Source: Trichoplax sp. H2
Lineage: Eukaryota
DNA: 64,000 bases
Reading direction: 5' to 3'
NCBI GenBank assembly: GCA_003344405.1
Contig: NOWV01000143.1
Span: 62,001-126,000 of the forward strand
The translations under genes and the position numbers were made by a program. Each line of letters starts with the position of its first letter. Position 1 is the first letter of the stretch. This document shows, piece by piece, positions 55,501 through 64,000 of this stretch. Under the pieces are notes generated by a model, which saw only the letters and a list, made by a program, of their open reading frames with translations, was not told the DNA's origin and made no database searches.

Positions 55501-58500
55501 CTTGTACACCCATTGTCTTTACTCATCTGTTTAAAACGTAATAAATAGATTTCTGTCTGTTTACACGATTTCGAATCTTTGGATAGTTATAACAAATTGA
55601 AATACGTCGATTACGATTACGGTAACTACAGCAACAACTCTTACACGAAAAAAATTTGGGACCATTTGAATGATTTAATTTCTCTTAATGAATTCTCAGC
55701 TATTAGGCTGAGCGGAATTATTGGTAATCTATTAGTAATTTAATCTAGCTATTAATGGTAGTTAAAGCCTTAACTCTACGTAGTTTTCTTGATGTGGAAC
55801 ACATATATAGCATAAACTACGGTATAGGCAAAGTCAACATACACATTTTTTATACCACCTTTTGTAAACTGCTTAACAAATCATAAATCGATAATACCAG
55901 TCTAAAATCAGGTCTTTACTAAGGTCATCGTTATTTCCATCACTATTATTATAAACTTTATATCTAGATAGTACTGCACCAGGATTGATTTAAGTTCTTA
56001 AAATTTGAAACATAGTAATAGAAGAATTTTGAAATCACATGAAATTTAAATAATTGTTCGCAATATTTCATTAATACCGTACCTATCCATAGCCTTATTG
56101 CTGGTAAGAAAACAATTTTGTGATCAAATAAAAAAAATTTTCTTGGTAAATTAGGATCACATTATGATAGGTCTGTTTTATAAACCATAGAGTTATAGCA
56201 TACAGTCTGTAGCAAAAATACGCTCGTCCGTAAATCATATAGTTTACCTGAAAGTCAAAATGAGAAGCTGGCGATTATTATAGCAATTATTGTTTTCCTA
56301 TTTTGTCGATTAGGTAACTTCATAAATGTAGCAGTTTATTTACGCGTAAAATGTACCAAAATATAGAAACTCCTATCCTTATGTTACCGCGCCATTTTTT
56401 CTTACACTTATAACTTAACTATTCACTATATCGCTTAAATATACAACTTCCCTTTTACTAATAATGTTGATATCTCCATCTAAGCGTATATACGCGGATA
56501 CTGTACTTTCCCGGTATTTATAATATTTATGATAGAGATTTTGTAAATGATTTTAATGATTTAGTAATACTGTACGTCTACTTTCGGTTAAAGTGGGTAT
56601 ATAATTGCGATATTTATCACGACATCATTAATTATTATTGTGTAAGAGAGTAGCCAAACTTACATAAACACTAAGAACATGATATGGAAAGGATCTTCGC
56701 ATTTTCGTCTATCCTTACTAATAGTACATACATTGCTGTGGACTTATATAGTAACATATATACTCCATTGGACCACAAAGTCTATTACATACATTTTTCT
56801 CTTCTGAATTCAAAACTAGAATGATATACTGATAAGGCTTTAGTTAATGTATGGTTTTCTGACTCAAACGGAATTTTCAGTAAGTCAGTTTACCTACTAG
56901 AACAGAGAATCTTACCGGAGTTTGATTATGTATTAAGGGCAAACAATGAGTGAAAATATGGCTGTTTCCGGGATGTAAAAGTAGATTTCATTGCATTCGT
57001 AAAGTGGGTACATTACACTCTATATAAATGCTCCTATTAATGGAATGAAAACATAGGCATTACCAGTATATGTAAATATAATTAGCAACAAAATAATTAA
57101 CTGAAAGCGCCGTAAATTAAAATAGATTATTGAAAATTGGGATACTTTCGTAAGGCAATCGGCTGATTTTGTATACTTAGATGTATGATGCGAGTTGATG
57201 AATGCAACTTACTTACTTGATATCAGCATACGAGTATATACCATGTAGATCTGTATTTATGCTCTTTATCTATGGAATAATCCGCTTGCCAGTATGTTGT
57301 TACATTGATCTAGTCATTGCAATTATATGGCTTTTATCTTAAGGCTCTCATATTTAAGCAGGTCAATATTTCAGCTTAATCTTCACTCTAGAGGTTATGT
57401 TTAAGTAATGTTATTAATATAGTTATTGATAATCAATTAAGTGTAACCAATGTTATACTAATGTAATCAATTAAAGTTGTTGATATTTATATTAGTAGTT
57501 CTCATTTTAATTAATATTTATCTTTTGCACATGTCGAAAATAGGGAAAAACAAAATTTTTATGCTTTGTTACAATTACTTTGCTAACTTATGCATATTAC
57601 ATTAACAATAATCTCACCGGTATACCACATTAACTATTATTTCATTTCTAAATAGTCACAAACGTTACGTCAACAGCAGCAGCAAGCGTTAATGCCCAGA
57701 AAAAGATCAGATTTATTAGCTCCTACAAGTGGTCAAGCATATCATCACGATGGTCCAATTAATGAAGTAGTTTTACGAAATATGGGCAGTACACCAAACT
57801 ATGATTTGCCACCGCAAAGGATGCCTGGTAAAGATCAAGCTACAGATTCTCTTAAATTGAAATATAAATCCATGTTAATGTCTGGTAATAGAAGAAAGAA
57901 ACAATCAGGTGCAAGCCTTGATTTAAATAGCGTACAGGCTAATTCAGTCAACAATAGGCCATCGGTATATAAAAAAGGATTTCATAGTCCAGCTAATTCA
58001 GATATAGCTGTAACAAACTCACCGATTGCTAACTTAGCCGATTCAAAGGTTAAAAGCATGTCAGATCCAGCGGTAGGTGCTGCTTGTACGCCACATGATG
58101 ATGAATCAACGTTGCCGATAACGAGTAGCGTAGGCATGAATATCAATGATCCAACATCGGGTAAGGCCGTTAACGTATCATTAACACCATCTACATCGAA
58201 CACCATAAGTTTAGATGGGATCGTACCAATGCAAGGTAGACATGTACAATCAGTTATTGGCCACCCCAATAAATGGCAAACTTCAACCAATGATGCATCT
58301 GCTGCTACTGTTTCTGCGACATTTATGAGTCCATTTGGTGATATGAATGAGACGAATAATGCGCATACCATACCAGCTAATTATCATCCTCGACCAAATG
58401 GAACAGATAGCAATTTACAACAAGCTAATCACCCAGTGCCATCATTGCAGGTCCAAGTATCGCAACAACAGTCACAACAACAGCAACAACAACAGCAGCA

Positions 58501-59980
58501 ACAAGTACATCAACCTCATCTTCAGGCTGCACATCCGGAAGCATTTATACCTAACCAGGAAATAGATCACTTTCATTCTTCCATACCTAAGCGTCCAGGA
58601 CAAGGTAATGAGCAACAACCGTTATCTTTGAAAGAAATTAGATACAACAGCAGTCAAATTACATATCGGCAACAAATTAATCGGAAACAACAGCATAGAA
58701 AGCATCAAGAACAATGGATGAAAAGGCCGCCAAGGCCACCGATCATACCTAAGGCAAAAGGTAAAGAACAAATCAGACGAGGCCCTATTCCTCATGCGTC
58801 AAGAATCATTATTCAGCAGCAACTTCAACAAAATTCAATGCAAAAGCAACAGCAAATTCGAAACAATTCTCAATTTCAGCAACATGCAGTTTCGTCTGTG
58901 CCATTATTGCAACAAAATTTGAATCACAATAATCCATCAAATCTACAACAAAATCAAAACAATTTTGTTGCAGGGCATTCTATGTTACGCACACAAGCCA
59001 ATAATCAGACAAATTTAGGCAATTATCAGGATCATTCAAATCTACCTGAACATTACATGATCAACACTGACCCAAATAGAATTAATGACACTTTTACCAA
59101 TGCATCACAAGGACCACAATCAACACAAAATCCGCTACCTGCTACATCTCAAACTATGCAGCAATATCAACACGCTCCAATTACGCCTCAAAATCCTTCA
59201 ACTTTAAATGTTGTACCTGAATACGATATCCATGAGAATCCAGTAGGAAATTGGACTACAAATAATAGCAACAAGATTAATTCTGGTCAGGATGGCCTTA
59301 TTGTTACTACACCAAATAGTTATGCACCAAATATACATTTCTCTCAGCAGGCACAAATTAGAGGAATTAATTTAACAACGTATGCTAGAGAGCAGGGTCA
59401 ATCTCGTGCATCGCAAGATTTTGGTAATTTTGTTCGATTACAACAACCGCAAACGTTTCCTCAGCAGCAGCATCACCAACCACAACCGCAACAGCAACAG
59501 CAACAGCAACATTTCGCTCATCAGCAAACTCCATCTAATATTCGTCAAACCTTAGCCACCATGCAACAACAACAGCAGCAGCATCAACAACATCCTAAGC
59601 AACAGCAGCAACATCAGCCAATAATGCAAGAGCCCTCAAATATTGATCAACAGCAGCAATATTATGCTAACTTTAATGCCGAAAATGATTTCAATCAGCA
59701 TTCATTCATGCCTAACTCCGCTGAATTCAATGATCCTAATAAGAGAAATTCGTTTGAACAGAATATTCATTTACCTACGGAGAATCAACGGAGCATCATT
59801 GATCGAGTAATCAATCCTGAAGAGAATTTTAACCATAATAACAATGATAATCTCACCAACATTTACAACAGCATCAATCTAGGAAATTATAGCAATATGG
59901 ATAATCCATTTAATATGCTAAAAGATGGTAATAACGTTACAGATGTTAATGAATTTATTTCATACTTGCATGATACTTGA
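49503..59980 (+). CDS. Uncharacterised Q/N/P-rich low-complexity protein, ~861 aa; exons 49503-49569, 51256-51449, 57656-59980
   Basis: The 2.3-kb open exon with polyQ tracts has an in-frame acceptor at 57655. Two upstream exons with strong donors (C|GTAAGT, AAG|GTAAGC) join in phase. The large exon is solid; the upstream exons are inferred. Confidence 0.75.
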
Positions 59981-60316
59981 TGGTCTAAATTAAATGATTA
60001 ATCTAATTTCAGTTATATATTTATCAATTCATCCATTAGCTTAATTCCTATTGGCAGACATTCTAATGCTAATTCTATCATATTAGTAGATGGATGCGAT
60101 TGCCAGTCTTATTCCATGCTATTATAAGAAAATATGTTAATACTATCGAAATATTGTTATTAAACTTTATTTCAGTATTGTGTGCCATTATTACTAGCCG
60201 GATAACTTTATTTAATATTCATAGAATCAACACTGACAATCTGTTTGATTTATACAAATGTATCAACATATCTAAGATTTTAGATGTAAAAGGTTTACGG
60301 TAATGCTTTTTTTCTT

Positions 60317-60446
60317 ATGTAGATAAGAATTTTACAAAATATTCATTGCGGCGTTTAACCATATACAGTAGTAAATACATATATATATATATGTAGATAA
60401 GAATTTTACAAAATATTCATTGCGGCGTTTAACCATATACAGTAGT
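60317..60446. repeat. 56-bp direct duplication separated by a short (TA)n tract
   Basis: ATGTAGATAAGAATTTTACAAAATATTCATTGCGGCGTTTAACCATATACAGTAGT occurs at 60317 and 60391. Confidence 0.95.
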
Positions 60447-63319
60447 TATAATTTTAGATGGAAATTATATTGGGTTATTGGCTGGTAATGCAGATTATTG
60501 ACAGTGATTTCAGCATTGTACACGATTTTACTGCAGTGCAATTATCTATAGGCGCTGACTTATAATATTGTTAAAAGTAAAGATTGGAATAATTTATAAA
60601 TATTTAGTATGATGTGGGAGTAAGATATACGAGTATATTAGTATTACGATTAATTGTCAGCTACGATAACGGAAGAATATTTGCTACCTATTGTGCTATA
60701 TGCAATACGATAAATATATCCAAAAAGCCAAATCTAGAATTGTAAGAAAAGTATGTAAAAGATGACTATCTAATTAGAGTTTAAAATAGGTTATAATCCG
60801 ACATAATGTTATTCTAATTATTTAATATTCTGATGTACATGTTATTCTGTATATAGTGAAGAACAACATCTGCAAACTTTGCCTTTTAAATCCATGCTGC
60901 TGATAATAATTGATTAAATCTGGATTTCATGTACTTTGCTTTCGTTTTCTGTTTCCTTTTAATGCATGAAATGTGTACTCCTATGTCTACAATACGTGTC
61001 AGGTAACAACACAAAATAGTTCCAGAGAAGGATAAAAATGCTAATAATTCAAACTCTACTGATCAATTCTAGCAACTTTTTTTGTAAAGGTCAATGATTA
61101 CAGGCATACGGCACTAGTGCAAAATGATTCATATCGGCTAACGAGTTATAATATTACCTTTGTCTACGTAACTTATCTATCTAGAAGATATATAGCGCTA
61201 CTTGCATTGTACGACATGACTTAGCCCGATTGCTCGACCATTTCCAATGGCGTATAATATAGTAAGTTACTTATATACGAATATTAATGAGAGGCTGTAT
61301 CGAGCAAGTCTTCACTATCATTGCCACTATCACTTAATATGCAATACTGTATACGTGTAAGTGACATAACGGACTTGGTCAAATTATGCTGTATCAGTAT
61401 ATTAGCTGAGCTCATTATTTGGGCGTACAATTTACTATACCAATATTCGAATTACCTTAGCCTTGAAATATCCATCGACGTACAGTAGTCAATTAAAATC
61501 AAGCCTTTATCTAATTATGAATCTGTCTATCCTATAGTTTTACATACGAATACGTAATTGGGCTTTGTCACCCTTATCTAGCACAATATTTCAGCGCATA
61601 GTGAAAGAGAGAGTTTGCATTTTCTCTCTATCTCTTTTGAATCATTGCAGTTTATGTTTGATTACCAGTGCTGCATAAGTAAACGAAAAGTAAGCAAGTA
61701 AAGTTCTTTCTTTTAGCCGTTATGAATAATCTTTTTTCTTTTTACCGAGCTATCCTAATGTCTAGTTTAAGATACGTCAGTTGAAAACTATGACATTGCC
61801 GTTTCCGTTGGGACGATCTTAAACTGACTATTATTTTACGCTAGATCCAGTCCTTTTACTCGTACGTAGGTCAAGTTTGGGTGGACTTTGGCTGATGATG
61901 AAACATCTCGTCTGACCAAGTTACTGCACTATTTTTACTCTTCAGTGGTGTCTTCATGTGATAGCTGTCCTATTTCGTGATCGTTATTGCAGCTTGCAGC
62001 CTCAGTTAATCATTACAATTTGAATTATTCTCTTTCAATTCCCTGTTATGAAGGCGTGCACGTAGTGTTTTTATCCCACTTTTTCTTACGGAAAACATCG
62101 TGCAATACAACTTTGTTATTACACTCTCATAATGCTAGCGTCGAGCTTGTAGTACACGAATGGATGGCCACTACAGTAAAACATAGCTGAAACAAAGTAA
62201 CACCTCGATACAGTAAGAAGCAAACTACTGCTACCACACGCTAGAATAAAGCAAGGGAAAAGGTGGAAATAGAGCAGACTATGGAGAAAAAGTCTGCCAA
62301 TTGGCAGATTGGGCTAGACTACCAACAAATTGAATTGCCATTTTAATTGAATTGAATTTACTGGAGTCATTTGATAATAAAAATGGGACAGCCAATGTCG
62401 TTAATATACGTTTGTGTGATCTCTACGTATGTATGCGTGTTTCTACAGATGGCTGGAAAAGAAAGCCTGCAGTAAATACTAGCTGGATATTTGATTACAG
62501 ACAGTAGAGGAGGCAAAAATCAATGTACATTGTTCCATTTCGCCATGCACAATCGCATATTCTAAACATTGCATATCATTATTTTATTGAATGAAACCTA
62601 GCGGACTACGATGTTTATTTTTAACCTCTTTATGTTGAGATATTTCCTGGATAGATTAGAACGTATGAACATTTTTATTGATACAGTATAGCTTGTGCAG
62701 TTGTAAGCTTGACTAATTTTCATGGAGATATTATGCAATGAATAAGCCAACCTCCTCTAGAAGCCTATAATTATATACAAATTGGTAATGATATCATTTT
62801 ATTTCATAGCCATTCCTGTAGTAAGAAAGTGGCCGGCCATTGCTATACCGTTGGCTTTGCCTGCAAAATCAATGTCTCTACAGTAATGATAATAACCAAT
62901 CTGCTGCGGCTGACGTCACTACTTTCATACAGTTCACCATGGCTGTACTACGCCGTGAAGTTAGTATGGGTACCAAACTGCGTTTCCGTCATAGTATAGC
63001 GCACCACCCCCATACTTGCTTTACACACCGAAACGGCCAACCCACCAATGAACTGTGTGTTGACGCATCCTGTACGTTGTACAGTATACTGTACAATGTA
63101 CGACCACTCGTGCAGTACTGTGACTGTTGGCGAGGGCAATGGACTACGCCAACGCGTTGTACCCTAAGGTCTGCCTACCTGGGCACTGGGCCAGGGACTC
63201 GACACGAAGTAAAACCGCCGTACGGAGAAGCCTTGAGTGTCTGAAATCGCATCAATCAATCGGCCCAAGACAAACCACTCAATAACGGTATTAGATTTGC
63301 GTTTTGGCCTTACAACACG

Positions 63320-63343
63320 ATGGATTACCTACAAACAACTAAG
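63320..63343 (+). CDS. Probable first coding exon (MDYLQTTK) of a gene that continues beyond the window
   Basis: ATG...AAG|GTATGT is a strong donor, downstream of a GC-richer promoter-like stretch with a TACAGTA cluster. The product cannot be identified. Confidence 0.35.
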
Positions 63344-63421
63344 GTATGTTAGCCAAGAATAAAATCGAGACCACACGATCATGCTATTCCAACTGATTTT
63401 CAAATTTCCCTTCATGTCTGG

Positions 63422-64000
63422 CGTTATACAGTCCATGGGATTGTGAAGAATTGATCAAAATGTTGTCATACGGGTCCAGTTGAGACTGGTTGAGGCTAGT
63501 TGAGACTGGTTGAGACTAGTTGAGACGGATGTGTTGTCTTCCCTCTAGGTTGTATCTGGCTCTAGTATCTGCCTTTGGATAGATCGTTATACAGTCCATG
63601 GGATTGTAAAGAATTGATCGAAATGTTATCATACGGGTCCAGATGAGGCTCGTTAAGACTAGTTGAGACTGGTTGAAACTAGTTGAGACGGATGTGTTGT
63701 CTTCCCTCTAGGTATATCTGCCTTTGGATAGATCGTTATACAGTCCATGGGATTGTAAAGAATTGATCAAAATGTTGTCATACGGGTCCAGTTGAGACTG
63801 GTTGAGGCTAGTTGAGNNNNNNNNNNNNNNNNNNNNACCTACAAACAACTAAGGTATGTTAGCCAAGAATTAAATCGAGACCACACGATCATGCTATTCC
63901 AACTGATTTTCAAATTTCCCTTCATGTCTGGCGTTATACAGTCCAAGGGATTGTGAAGAATTGATCAAAATGTTGTCATACGGGTCCAGTTGAGGCTGGT
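63422..64000. repeat. Minisatellite with a ~150-163-bp unit and internal 10-bp GTTGAGACT(A/G) subrepeats, interrupted by an N gap (63817-63836)
   Basis: Units begin CGTTATACAGTCCA at 63422, 63585, 63734 and 63932. Confidence 0.95.

Noticed and set aside
57982-58565. Antisense and alternate-frame ORFs inside the Q-rich exon (similarly 24482-24888, 31559-31888, 16801-17100)
   Set aside because: Shadow ORFs of real coding exons.
63422-63816. Regularly spaced repeats considered as CRISPR-like
   Set aside because: The whole units are repeated with no unique spacers, and the context is eukaryotic; it is a minisatellite.

Overview
This is AT-rich, intron-dense eukaryotic genomic DNA from a compact animal genome. 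The short GT-AG introns, metazoan-type proteins and pervasive TACAGTA/TACTGTA micro-arrays suggest a placozoan such as Trichoplax (inference). I could splice these genes by hand: a 175-aa KEN-box/D-box securin-like orphan (+), SLC30A9/ZnT9 (+), ATP6V0C (+), TRAP1 (-), PGK (+), PWP2 (-), DNAL1 (+), a GCNA/ACRC-type SprT protease (-) and an ~861-aa Q/N-rich uncharacterised protein (+). The window ends with a probable first coding exon, a minisatellite and an assembly gap. Most notable observations: (1) PGK ends in a hard-coded -SKL peroxisomal signal; (2) a candidate divergent securin; (3) a U12-type intron plus a 28-nt micro-exon in ATP6V0C; (4) promoter motifs that match the function of the adjacent gene (RFX X-box at DNAL1, CLEAR at ATP6V0C, CDE/CHR at GCNA); (5) TACAG/TACTG arrays clustered at housekeeping 5' ends; (6) a partly duplicated MITE between TRAP1 and PGK. 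All family assignments are from motif recognition by eye, without database searches.
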